A DNA stretch of 32,000 nt, taken from Erysipelothrix larvae (lineage in GTDB: Bacteria; Bacillota_I; Bacilli_A; Erysipelotrichales; Erysipelotrichaceae). The translations under genes and the position numbers were made by a program. The notes beneath the pieces are model-generated. The model was given only the letters and a program-made list of their open reading frames with translations. It was not told the DNA's origin and did no database searches. Location: positions 510,001-542,000 of the forward strand of contig NZ_CP013213.1 of assembly GCF_001545095.1 (NCBI RefSeq), read 5' to 3'. Positions 16,477 through 24,635 of the stretch are shown here, in pieces; position 1 is the first letter of the stretch, and every line of letters begins with the position of its first letter.

Positions 16477-16503
16477 GAAGTAATGAATGATTCAAGGTAT
16501 GAT
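16475..16503 (+). promoter_or_regulatory. Candidate sigma-A promoter for the membrane-protein/DUF1697 pair
   Basis: TTGAAG (16475-16480), 17 nt, TATGAT (16498-16503). Confidence 0.45.
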
Positions 16504-16528
16504 ATACTTAGACAAAAGAGGTGGTTTT

Positions 16529-16873
16529 ATGAACAAAGGCATCCGATTCTTATCCAAGGTATTAGCCTATGCCCCTGTGGTTTTATTCACGATTATTGGA
16601 ATCTTGTCGCTGGATGGTACTGAGGCGTTTGTCTATCTCATCTTGGGACTCATTTTATACAGTATTATTGGCTTTGGTTTGACATCACCTCATAAAGAAT
16701 ATCAAGCCTCGGGAATTTTGAGTCTTCTGATCTTGACGGTTATTTTTTATTTGGGTGCCTCAGAGATCTTCAAGTCTACAATGACCATGCTTTACATTTG
16801 GGTTTACTATGCGGTTGTCTATGGCTTTTCACTGTGGGTCACTCATACTTCTTCGAAAGAAGATCCATCATGA
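16529..16873 (+). CDS. Small polytopic membrane protein (114 aa, about 4 TM), unknown function
   Basis: ATG 16529 is preceded by AGAGGTGG. Hydrophobic segments include VLAYAPVVLFTIIGILSL, FVYLILGLILYSIIGFGL, ILSLLILTVIFYLGA and LYIWVYYAVVYGFSLWV. The track N-terminal extension (start 16487) has no SD. Confidence 0.6.
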   Translation: MNKGIRFLSKVLAYAPVVLFTIIGILSLDGTEAFVYLILGLILYSIIGFGLTSPHKEYQASGILSLLILTVIFYLGASEIFKSTMTMLYIWVYYAVVYGFSLWVTHTSSKEDPS

Positions 16874-17403
16874 TTTGGGTGTGTTTATTGAGGGGGATTA
16901 ATGTAGGTGGAAACCATAAAGTGGATATGAAACGCTTAAAAGATGTATTCAGTGAAAAAGGATATCATAATATTAAAACCTATATCAATTCAGGAAATGT
17001 GCTGTTTGAATCCTCTGATACACAAGACACACTTACAACTGAAATTACGCAGTGTGTGAAGGATGTTTTTGATGTGGACACACAGGTCCTCATTTTAGAC
17101 AAACAGACCTTTATCGCGATTGCTCAAGCAATCCCGGATGCGTTTGTTAATGATTCAACCTATAAAGCGGATGTGGTGTTCTATCTTGAAGGGTTCAATC
17201 CGTACGTATTCTCATTCAAAGAAGGCATTGATCAGGTGGTTTATCACAAATCAGCACTGATTCATTGTGTGCTTCGAGAACATCAAACACGAAGCGGTCT
17301 TAAGAAGATTATTGGAACCCCAAGTTTTAAGAAAATAACCATTCGCAACGTCAATACTGTGCGTAAATTGTGTGAAATGCTCCTACAAACGGACTCCTTG
17401 TGA
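16870..17403 (+). CDS. DUF1697 domain protein
   Basis: The N-terminus MIWVCLLRGINVGGNHKVDMKRLKDVF...YINSGNVLF is the DUF1697 hallmark. ATG 16870 overlaps the upstream TGA (ATGA). The track extension from 16798 lies inside the upstream gene. Confidence 0.8.
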   Translation: MIWVCLLRGINVGGNHKVDMKRLKDVFSEKGYHNIKTYINSGNVLFESSDTQDTLTTEITQCVKDVFDVDTQVLILDKQTFIAIAQAIPDAFVNDSTYKADVVFYLEGFNPYVFSFKEGIDQVVYHKSALIHCVLREHQTRSGLKKIIGTPSFKKITIRNVNTVRKLCEMLLQTDSL

Positions 17404-17504
17404 ATAATTGGTGTTTTTTTTGTGGTATACACGGTGAATTTTTGATTTTCATTGTGTGATGGTTATTGTTTTTGTTAAAATAATGAGTATAGGAGGACCA
17501 CATT

Positions 17505-18608
17505 ATGAAAGTAGGATGTGTAAAAGAAATAAAACAACATGAGTATCGTGTTGGATTAACTCCAGATAGCGTGACTGTGTTTGTCAGTCATGGGCATGAT
17601 GTATATATAGAGAAAAATGCAGGATTGGGTTCTGGTTTTGAAGATCAAGAATATATCGATCACGGGGCAATCATTTTAGATAAAGCCGAAGAAGTTTGGG
17701 AACTTTGCGACATGATTGTGAAGGTAAAAGAACCCCTTGATCCTGAATATAAACATATCAAAGAGGGACAAATTCTCTTTACGTATTTACACCTTGCGGC
17801 AGATGAACCATTACTGGATGCGTTACTTGCATCAAAATGTGAAGCAGTTGCGTATGAAACCATTACGGATCGAAATGGACGCTTACCTCTACTGAAGCCA
17901 ATGTCAGAAATTGCTGGACGTTTAAGCATTCAAGAAGGAGCCCATGCGCTTGAAAAACCCTTTGGTGGACGGGGTGTGTTGCTCAGTGGTATCCCAGGTG
18001 TTCCACGTGGGAATATTGTAATTGTGGGAGCAGGAGTCGTTGGACTCAATGCACTTCAAGTTGCAGTTGGTATGGAAGCAAATGTTACAGTTCTTGATGT
18101 TAACTTAGATCGTTTAACTGAAATTGATACACTGTATGGAAATCGCGTTCAAACTTTATACAGCACAGAGAATTCATTGAAAAAAGCATTAGTTGAAGCG
18201 GACTTAGTGATTGGTTCTGTTTTAATTCCTGGAAGTAAAGCACCAAAGATTATTAAGAAAGAATACCTAAAAACGATGAAACCAGGCTCAGTGATTGTGG
18301 ATATTGCCATTGACCAAGGCGGATGTACTGAAACCAGTCGTCCAACCTATCATGACAATCCAACCTATGTTGTCGATGGTGTCATTCATTATTGTGTTGC
18401 GAATATACCGGGTGCAGTCGCACGAACCTCGACAATTGGTCTTGTGAATGCAACCTTACCGTATGGATTGGCACTTGCAGATCATGGGGTACTCAAAGCA
18501 AGTGAAACCGTTGTTGGGATTAAAGAGGGTGTGAATTGTTATCATGGAAAGATCACATCAAAACCGGTAGCGGATACTTTTAATCGACCATTATCTGATC
18601 TTGTATAA
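17505..18608 (+). CDS. ald: Alanine dehydrogenase
   Basis: MKVGCVKEIKQHEYRVGLTP..., a Rossmann motif IVGAGVVGLNA, and full-length colinearity with the Ald family as I recall it. AGGAGG lies upstream. Confidence 0.93.
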   Translation: MKVGCVKEIKQHEYRVGLTPDSVTVFVSHGHDVYIEKNAGLGSGFEDQEYIDHGAIILDKAEEVWELCDMIVKVKEPLDPEYKHIKEGQILFTYLHLAADEPLLDALLASKCEAVAYETITDRNGRLPLLKPMSEIAGRLSIQEGAHALEKPFGGRGVLLSGIPGVPRGNIVIVGAGVVGLNALQVAVGMEANVTVLDVNLDRLTEIDTLYGNRVQTLYSTENSLKKALVEADLVIGSVLIPGSKAPKIIKKEYLKTMKPGSVIVDIAIDQGGCTETSRPTYHDNPTYVVDGVIHYCVANIPGAVARTSTIGLVNATLPYGLALADHGVLKASETVVGIKEGVNCYHGKITSKPVADTFNRPLSDLV

Positions 18609-18616
18609 GCAAGGGT

Positions 18617-18678
18617 TTTGAACTGACTTCGATATCTTGAACAAAGATACGGCATGCAGTTCAAATCTCTTGTTTTTT
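18617..18678 (+). terminator. Structured element or possible terminator after ald
   Basis: Perfect 9-bp outer stem TTTGAACTG (18617-18625) / CAGTTCAAA (18657-18665) enclosing an inner hairpin TATCTT (18633-18638) / AAGATA (18644-18649). The T6 run (18673-18678) is 7 nt away from the stem, which is atypical. Confidence 0.4.
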
Positions 18679-18771
18679 CTTATGTAGACACGAATATTAT
18701 GCGTTTAATTTGTAAATTTAATGAAGATTATGAACAGTGCGTGAAACTTTAGTGAGACGTGAAGGTTTTGA

Positions 18772-18800
18772 TTGACTTACCTAAATGTATGCGTTATCAT
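18772..18800 (+). promoter_or_regulatory. Sigma-A promoter for the EIIB gene
   Basis: TTGACT (18772-18777), 17 nt, TATCAT (18795-18800). Confidence 0.55.
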
Positions 18801-18823
18801 TTGGGCATAGGAGGAAGTGTTTT

Positions 18824-19126
18824 ATGCGTAAAATTGTCTTATTATGTGCTGCGGGTATGTCTACAAGCTTATTGGTGAATAAGATTAACGAAGCAGCAAC
18901 TGCTGAAAATTATGAAATTGATGTTCAAGCATATCCAGTTTCAGAAGCTAAGAATAAAGTTCCAATTGCAGATGTCGTATTATTAGGACCTCAAGTGCGT
19001 TATGCCCTCGCGAAATTGAGAGAGCAACATCCTGGTAGTAACATCGATGTGATTGACATGCGTGATTATGGTACGATGAACGGGAAAGCTGTTGTCGCAA
19101 CAATCCGTAGAATTTTAAACGATTAA
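18824..19126 (+). CDS. PTS EIIB component, lactose/cellobiose family
   Basis: MRKIVLLCAAGMSTSLLV carries the phospho-Cys CxxGxSTS signature, with VLLGPQVRY later. ATG 18824 is preceded by AGGAGGA. The track extension from 18785 is rejected. Confidence 0.85.
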   Translation: MRKIVLLCAAGMSTSLLVNKINEAATAENYEIDVQAYPVSEAKNKVPIADVVLLGPQVRYALAKLREQHPGSNIDVIDMRDYGTMNGKAVVATIRRILND

Positions 19127-19149
19127 TTGCACAGTATCATTGATTTTAA

Positions 19150-19176
19150 AGCTGGTCCATAGTGATCAGTTTTTTG
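19150..19176 (+). terminator. Weak terminator after the EIIB gene
   Basis: 6-bp stem CTGGTC (19152-19157) / GATCAG (19164-19169) with one G-U pair, then T6 (19170-19175). Confidence 0.4.
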
Positions 19177-19223
19177 TGTCGTTTTGATCAATTTTATGAC
19201 ATAATATTTAAAAGAGGGTGCGT

Positions 19224-20585
19224 ATGGTAAATTTAAGCTTTGACATTGGAACGACAAACATTAAGTCGATGGTAACACGAAATGAAAAGATCCTTGAGGT
19301 CCAATCTGTGCGTCTTGAAACCCATCAAGAAGGGCTTACGATGACCCAAGATCCATCTGTGATTTTAGACATCATCAAAAAAAGAATTCAAGCGGTTGAT
19401 AAAACCTATGGCCTTGAGTCCTTTGTGCTTGTTACAGCAATGCATACCTTAATACTTTTGAATCAAGCATATCAACCAATGGAACCCATGATGCTATGGT
19501 CTGATAATCGGGGTGAATCTGTAGCGGACGTATCGAATAAAAAGATGCTCCAGTATTACTTTAGGACGGGAACACCCTATCATCCCATGTCACCCTTTGT
19601 GAAACTCAAAACCTTTGATCAAGGGTATTTAGCGAATTGTTTGATTTCGGACTTAAAGGCGTATCTTATGGTTCACCTGACCGGTGCGTTTGTAAGCGAT
19701 GTTTCTTCTGCTTCGGCATCTGGACTCATGAACATCCATACACAATCCTGGGATCAAAAGATTTTAAATGAACTGATGCTTAAGCAAGACCACCTCCCAA
19801 TCATTAAACCCTGTGACTTTACAACAACCACCCATTGCTTTGATAGGCCAATTGGAGTGATGGTTGGATCAACGGATGGTGTGATGGCTAATCTTGGAAC
19901 GCAAACATCAAACCGCCAATGTGTTTTAAGTGTTGGAACCAGTGTTGGGATTCGTACGTTGAGTGATGTTAGAATCTTGGACTCAAAATGCAAGACGTTT
20001 TGTTATTGCGCTCCTTATGGACAGTTTTTGATTGGAAATGCATCCAACAATGGGGGCAACCTTTATGATTATATTGCTCATCATCTTTTTGATGGACACT
20101 TATCCTTTGAAGATTTTATTGAAATGATTGGTTCTGGAATTCCAAAAATTTATGCAACCCCCTTTGTCTTTGGTGAACGGGGTCCGTTTTGGATTAAAAA
20201 CCTTCGCCTCACCTTCAGTGAACAAAGTGTGAACAATCAAGAAAAAGCGCAGGCGATTATTTATGGAATGTTATCGAATATCTATCTTTTAAAACAAAGC
20301 ATTGCGTCTGTTGTATCTTCAGATCCAATCTGTCTTACGGGTGGTTTTTTCAATGACACACGGCTTGTGCAATTATTGGCCGATCTATGCCAACACGATG
20401 TCATCTGTGTAGAGGATGAAAATGCAGTGTGTGTTGCAGCAATGCATCTACTCACACAGACGCCCATACATCAAACATCCCATCACGTCAAACATAAAAA
20501 AAATAATGCGCTGATTCAATATCGAGCGCAGGCGAGTGCATATATTATGCAGTATGTGGACCAAAAGAAAAGGAGTTTGGAATAA
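19224..20585 (+). CDS. FGGY-family carbohydrate kinase (gluconokinase-like)
   Basis: FDIGTTNIKSMV (DxGTT phosphate-1 motif). VTAMHTLILLNQAYQPMEPMMLWSDNRGE parallels the GntK block SSAMHS...WADNRS. ATG 19224 lies 6 nt after AGAGGG. The track uses GTG 19218. Confidence 0.8.
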   Translation: MVNLSFDIGTTNIKSMVTRNEKILEVQSVRLETHQEGLTMTQDPSVILDIIKKRIQAVDKTYGLESFVLVTAMHTLILLNQAYQPMEPMMLWSDNRGESVADVSNKKMLQYYFRTGTPYHPMSPFVKLKTFDQGYLANCLISDLKAYLMVHLTGAFVSDVSSASASGLMNIHTQSWDQKILNELMLKQDHLPIIKPCDFTTTTHCFDRPIGVMVGSTDGVMANLGTQTSNRQCVLSVGTSVGIRTLSDVRILDSKCKTFCYCAPYGQFLIGNASNNGGNLYDYIAHHLFDGHLSFEDFIEMIGSGIPKIYATPFVFGERGPFWIKNLRLTFSEQSVNNQEKAQAIIYGMLSNIYLLKQSIASVVSSDPICLTGGFFNDTRLVQLLADLCQHDVICVEDENAVCVAAMHLLTQTPIHQTSHHVKHKKNNALIQYRAQASAYIMQYVDQKKRSLE

Positions 20586-20592
20586 ACTCCTT
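20562..20592 (-). terminator. Terminator for the csbD-glsB pair, embedded in the 3' end of the convergent kinase gene
   Basis: Perfect 8-bp stem AAGGAGTT (20570-20577) / AACTCCTT (20585-20592). On the minus strand it is followed by TTCTTTTGG. Confidence 0.55.
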
Positions 20593-20597
20593 ATTGA

Positions 20598-20840
20598 TTA
20601 ATGTGCTTGTTTACTGGTGAAAAATGATACAACAGCGACCACAATCACAGCACCAAGAATTGATGGAATGAGCGCCATACCAGCAAGGGATGGACCCCAG
20701 CTTCCAAAGAGTGCTTGGCCAATGGATGAACCCACAAGACCTGCAACAACATTGAGTATGATTCCCATACTATTTCCTTTGCCAGTGATACCACCAGCTA
20801 TAAATCCGATTACCCCACCAATAATGAGTGACCAAATCAT
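20598..20840 (-). CDS. GlsB/YeaQ/YmgE family stress-response membrane protein
   Basis: 80-aa Gly-rich protein of about 3 TM: IIGGVIGFIAGGITGKGNSMGIILNVVAGLVGSSIGQALFG. Confidence 0.85.
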   Translation of the reverse strand: MIWSLIIGGVIGFIAGGITGKGNSMGIILNVVAGLVGSSIGQALFGSWGPSLAGMALIPSILGAVIVVAVVSFFTSKQAH

Positions 20841-21115
20841 TGGATGTCTCCTTCTTCATTCATGTCTTCAAATGTTTCTTTGATATCATCAACTGTGTCT
20901 GACACAGCTTCTTTAACATCTTCTACGGTTCTTCGCGCTTTTCCTTTTCCTTGTTGGACGAGGCCTTTTGCTTGAAGTTCTGGGTTATCGGTTAAATCAC
21001 CGATGCGTTCTTTAACCTTTCCGCCCACTTCATCCACAACACCTTTTCGTCTGAGAAACTCGAAAGCCGCAATTGAACCAACAGCGGTTAGTAACCCTGC
21101 AAATAACTTTTTCAT
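20837..21115 (-). CDS. CsbD-family stress protein with an N-terminal hydrophobic segment
   Basis: GGKVKERIGDLTDNPELQAKGLVQQGKGKARRTVEDVKE matches the CsbD repeat pattern GK.KE..G....N..L..EG...Q..GK. ATGA overlap with the downstream glsB-like gene. Confidence 0.75.
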   Translation of the reverse strand: MKKLFAGLLTAVGSIAAFEFLRRKGVVDEVGGKVKERIGDLTDNPELQAKGLVQQGKGKARRTVEDVKEAVSDTVDDIKETFEDMNEEGDIQ

Positions 21116-21260
21116 ACTAACGCCTCCTTTAATAAAACCCTAACACCATACCAGACCCCAGGCAACGAATATGCCCAGCAAAAAGGCGGGTTGAATTTTT
21201 TCCAAGATGAAAAAAACAGTGATTTAGTGTATGATATTTGAGAATGGAGTGAATTTTTTT

Positions 21261-21887
21261 ATGGATTTTTGTCCGAATACAAATTTAAAAGTAAAACAAC
21301 ATCCAGATATGTTTCATATGAATACAGATTCCTATCTTTTAGGAACCTTTATGAAACTAAAAAAGAATGACATTGTCTTAGATGTTGGTACAAATAATGG
21401 CGTGTTGTTACTGTATGCGTCACTTCAAAAACCAAAGGCTTTAATTGGATTGGATGTCTTTGAAGAAGCCATTTCATTGGCCAAAGAAAACATGATGCTG
21501 AATCAAGTGGATGCTCAGCTTTATGTATCTTCCTTTCAAGATTTCAATCAAAAAGTGGATGTTATTGTGTGTAATCCACCCTATTTCAGCGGCGATAACC
21601 GCAATGAGAATCATTTTTTAAAGGTTGCACGCCATGAAGAGTATCTCGATATGGACACCTTGTTTTCAAAGAGTAAATCACTGCTTAATGATAAGGGACG
21701 CATGTTTTTGATTTATCCTGCCTCACGACTTCAAGAATTGTCTGTCATCGCAAATAATCATGGATTCGCCATTAAGAATCTTGAGTTTGCGATGAAGAAA
21801 GATAAGAAACGGGTTCATACGGTCTGTGTCCATTGTGTGCGTCGTGGGAATATGGGGATCGATACTATTAATTTTGTAACGGTATAA
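21261..21887 (+). CDS. SAM-dependent methyltransferase, tRNA1(Val) (adenine37-N6)-methyltransferase-like
   Basis: NTDSYLLGTF, SAM motif I VLDVGTNNGVLLL, and the catalytic NPPYF tetrad (VCNPPYF). The start is uncertain. ATG 21261 has GGAG 11 nt upstream, and a -10-like TATGAT at 21230-21235 would exclude the track start at 21231. Confidence 0.7.
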   Translation: MDFCPNTNLKVKQHPDMFHMNTDSYLLGTFMKLKKNDIVLDVGTNNGVLLLYASLQKPKALIGLDVFEEAISLAKENMMLNQVDAQLYVSSFQDFNQKVDVIVCNPPYFSGDNRNENHFLKVARHEEYLDMDTLFSKSKSLLNDKGRMFLIYPASRLQELSVIANNHGFAIKNLEFAMKKDKKRVHTVCVHCVRRGNMGIDTINFVTV

Positions 21888-21919
21888 ATGTGATATGATA
21901 GATGTAAAGAAGGTGCGTT

Positions 21920-22372
21920 ATGTTAGTAAAAATAGATGAAACAAATCAAGAAGTTTATCAATCACTTGCAAAAGAAATGTATTCAAGTGATGCGGTATGT
22001 TATCCCTTTAATCCTGACGTTGTAAAACGTAATGTACAACGGTTTATTCATCATGATGATGTGGACGGGTTTTTGATTGAATGGGATGGTACCTTTGTCG
22101 GATACATCCTTCTTGCCTATATGTTTTCAACTGAAATTGGAAATTATGATGTCTGGTTAGAAGAAATTTATATTAAGGAAACCATGCGAGGTCATGGCCT
22201 AGGATCAAAGGTAATCCAATCACTTAAAGGGCGGTTAAAGCATAAAGTTGGCCGGATTCGACTCGAGGTTGCTCATGATAATCAAGGAGCAATCTCACTG
22301 TATGAAAACCTCGGATTTGAAAAAGCCCCCTATGAAGAAATGATTTTCACCTTTGAGGAAACGGAGTCGTAA
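21920..22372 (+). CDS. GNAT-family N-acetyltransferase
   Basis: Acetyl-CoA motif A MRGHGLGSKVIQSL and the C-terminal block NQGAISLYENLGFE. Confidence 0.85.
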   Translation: MLVKIDETNQEVYQSLAKEMYSSDAVCYPFNPDVVKRNVQRFIHHDDVDGFLIEWDGTFVGYILLAYMFSTEIGNYDVWLEEIYIKETMRGHGLGSKVIQSLKGRLKHKVGRIRLEVAHDNQGAISLYENLGFEKAPYEEMIFTFEETES

Positions 22373-23233
22373 ATGATGCGAATTGAACGTGAGATGATGG
22401 AAACCATCCACTCGTTTATCGAAAAGCACCCAGATATTCAATGTGCGTATCTCAATGGGTCACGTGCGAATCCAAACGCACCCATCGATATCTATCAAGA
22501 TTATGATTTGGTCTGTGTTGTGGATTCACTCATCCCTTACCTAAACACCTCTTCTTGGTTAAACCAATTGGGAACGGTGTCTTTTATTCAAGAGCCAAAC
22601 TGGCATGTCAAAGGCGACCGTTCAATTCAATGGTATGGCTGGTTGATCTTGTTTGAAGATCACAACCGCATTGACCTTACCCTTGAAACACGCGACCATT
22701 TCATGTCAAAAACAAAGGATTCAATGACGAAGGTGCTCTATGATCCCCATCACTATTTTGATCAAAACATCGTGTCATCCGATCGTGATTATTGGATTTC
22801 GAAACCCAGTCAAGCCATCTTTCATGAGAGTGTGAATAATTTCTGGTGGTGTCTTAATAATGTGGGGAAAGGCATCATGCGAGATGAAATGCCGTATGCA
22901 CTAAAGATGTTTCATCAAGAATGCATCGGTGCACTTGATCAAGTGATTGAATGGGACCTTGCATTTCAGCACACCTTTAAGCTTAACCCTGGGAAGCTGG
23001 GGAAATGGTTCAAAGACTTTATGGAACCACACGACTATGAACGGTACTTAAAGACGTATACTTCCGCAAAAAAGGATGCCCTTTGGGAAGGAATTGATTG
23101 TGCAATGGACCTCATGTCATTGTATGCCAAACGTGTCGCAAAGGCCTTGGACTATCCCTATATTGAATCGGAAGAACATGCAATACGATCTTACCTTTCA
23201 TGGATTAAACTTACTAAACACCAACACCAATAA
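22373..23233 (+). CDS. Aminoglycoside 6-nucleotidyltransferase ANT(6)-like (AadE/AadK family)
   Basis: Colinear with ANT(6) as I recall it: REMMETIHSFIEK, YLNGSRANPNAPIDIYQDYDLVCVV (GS..D.D nucleotidyltransferase core), WLNQLG, LILFEDHNRIDLTL, SKPS and NNFWWCLNNVGKGIMRDEMPYALKMF. The ATG directly abuts the GNAT stop (TAAATG). Confidence 0.78.
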   Translation: MMRIEREMMETIHSFIEKHPDIQCAYLNGSRANPNAPIDIYQDYDLVCVVDSLIPYLNTSSWLNQLGTVSFIQEPNWHVKGDRSIQWYGWLILFEDHNRIDLTLETRDHFMSKTKDSMTKVLYDPHHYFDQNIVSSDRDYWISKPSQAIFHESVNNFWWCLNNVGKGIMRDEMPYALKMFHQECIGALDQVIEWDLAFQHTFKLNPGKLGKWFKDFMEPHDYERYLKTYTSAKKDALWEGIDCAMDLMSLYAKRVAKALDYPYIESEEHAIRSYLSWIKLTKHQHQ

Positions 23234-23251
23234 TATTTTAAAGGAGTCATT

Positions 23252-24460
23252 ATGAAACAGGATGTTTATATCATTGCAGCACAACGCACTGCAATTGGAA
23301 GTTATTTAGGTGCATTTAAAGATGTTTCGCCCGCACGTTTAGGCGCGGATATTATCAAAGATATACTCAACAAGACCCAGCTGAATCCAAAGAATATCGA
23401 TGAAGTAATTGTGGGGAATGTTTTATCACCAGGCCAAGGTCAAGGCTTAGCACGGCAAGTGTCTATTTTGGGAGGAATTCCCTTTGAGGTACCTGCATAT
23501 GCGATTAATATGGTCTGTGGATCGGGATTAAAAGCGGTGATGAATGGTGTCGATGCGATTTCAAATGCATCCGCACACCTTGTTTTCGCAGGAGGAGTTG
23601 AATCCATGAGTCAAGCCCCATATCTTGTATCCCACAAAACCCGAAGTGGTCATAAAATGGGTGATTTGACGATGGTCGATGCAATGATTCATGATGCACT
23701 TACCGATGCCTTTGATCACACGCATATGGGAATCACTGCAGAAAATATTGCGCAAAGTTATGCCATCACCCGTGAAGCACAAGATGCTTTCGCAATGCAC
23801 TCACAAGAAAAAGCCATCAACGCCATTGATGCAGGTGTCTTTCGTGATGAAATCACACCTGTCACCATCTCAACACGAAACGGGGATGTGGTGGTCGATG
23901 TGGATGAATATCCCAACCGTAATACTTCAATGGCGAAACTTGCGAAATTAAGACCGGCCTTTAAAAAGGAAGGAACGGTTACTGCTGGTAATGCTTCAGG
24001 CATTAATGATGGGGCAAGTTTTGTCTTACTTTCTGATCAAGAAACACTGGATAAGACATCAATACAACCCCTCGCGCGGATTGTTTCAATGGGACAAGGG
24101 GGCGTGGATCCTAAAATGATGGGTATGGGTCCAGTACCTGCAATCAACCAAGCGCTTATGCGTGCAAATCTGTCGTTACAGGATATTGATGTGTTGGAAT
24201 TGAATGAAGCCTTTGCAGCCCAATCATTGGGTGTGATTCAAACACTCAGTGAGACGTATAATATTTCAACTCAAGAATTAATGGACAAGACAAACATCCA
24301 TGGGGGTGCAATTGCTCTTGGGCATCCGGTGGGTGCCAGTGGTAATCGCATCTTAGTGACCCTGACACATGAACTTAAACGCAGTCAAAAGCGGTATGGG
24401 TTGGCATCCTTGTGTATTGGGGGTGGCATGGGCGTCGCAATAATCATTGAAAGTGTCTAA
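23252..24460 (+). CDS. Acetyl-CoA C-acetyltransferase (thiolase II)
   Basis: Active-site blocks NMVCGSGLKAV (nucleophilic Cys), NEAFAAQ, GGAIALGHPVGASG and CIGGGMGVA. Confidence 0.93.
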   Translation: MKQDVYIIAAQRTAIGSYLGAFKDVSPARLGADIIKDILNKTQLNPKNIDEVIVGNVLSPGQGQGLARQVSILGGIPFEVPAYAINMVCGSGLKAVMNGVDAISNASAHLVFAGGVESMSQAPYLVSHKTRSGHKMGDLTMVDAMIHDALTDAFDHTHMGITAENIAQSYAITREAQDAFAMHSQEKAINAIDAGVFRDEITPVTISTRNGDVVVDVDEYPNRNTSMAKLAKLRPAFKKEGTVTAGNASGINDGASFVLLSDQETLDKTSIQPLARIVSMGQGGVDPKMMGMGPVPAINQALMRANLSLQDIDVLELNEAFAAQSLGVIQTLSETYNISTQELMDKTNIHGGAIALGHPVGASGNRILVTLTHELKRSQKRYGLASLCIGGGMGVAIIIESV

Positions 24461-24513
24461 AAAGTGCACTTTTTGCTTGTTAAAAGGTTAACTTTCCTTT
24501 TAGTTGGTTATAC

Positions 24514-24543
24514 TTGATACAAGGCTAAAAAGCCATGTATAAT
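24514..24543 (+). promoter_or_regulatory. Sigma-A promoter for ackA
   Basis: TTGATA (24514-24519), 18 nt, TATAAT (24538-24543). This leaves a ~85-nt leader before ATG 24636. Confidence 0.6.
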
Positions 24544-24635
24544 AGGGATGAATGTGGGCTCTATGAGGTTTTTAGCAGGCCAAGAGGATGAAGGCCATTC
24601 TCAATAATCAACAAAATAGAAAAGAGGAAGCAAAA

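Noticed and set aside
16435-16623. 62-aa + ORF spanning the terminator and promoter between the His-rich gene and the small membrane protein gene
   Set aside because: It reads through a terminator hairpin and a promoter, has a TTG start overlapping the upstream stop, has no SD, and is out of frame with the well-supported ATG at 16529.
18740-18763. CGTGAA direct repeat (18 nt apart) just upstream of the EIIB promoter
   Set aside because: A single hexamer duplication within about 25 nt is not statistically remarkable, and the spacing is not helical.
20617-20883. 88-aa + ORF (Pro/Thr/Ile-rich) opposite the GlsB-like gene
   Set aside because: It is the antisense translation of Gly/Ile/Val-rich membrane-protein codons. 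The minus-strand GlsB/YeaQ/YmgE signature is unambiguous.
21116-21230. SigB-type (GTTTAA-N12-15-GGGTAT) promoter upstream of the csbD-glsB stress pair
   Set aside because: Only a GGGCAT-like -10 is present on the minus strand, without a GTTT -35 at the right spacing. This is not enough to call.
21920-23233. GNAT plus ANT(6) as a mobile aadE-sat4-aphA-3-type resistance cassette
   Set aside because: The gene order differs, there is no aph gene, and there is no IS, recombinase or flanking repeat. The neighbours are housekeeping genes and the composition matches them. It is treated as an intrinsic locus.
24459-24474. Palindrome AAAAAGTGCACTTTTT after the thiolase gene as a terminator, and a cre (CcpA) site upstream of ackA
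   Set aside because: The hairpin would be almost entirely A-U with a minimal loop. I found no sequence fitting TGWAANCGNTNWCA in 24461-24635.
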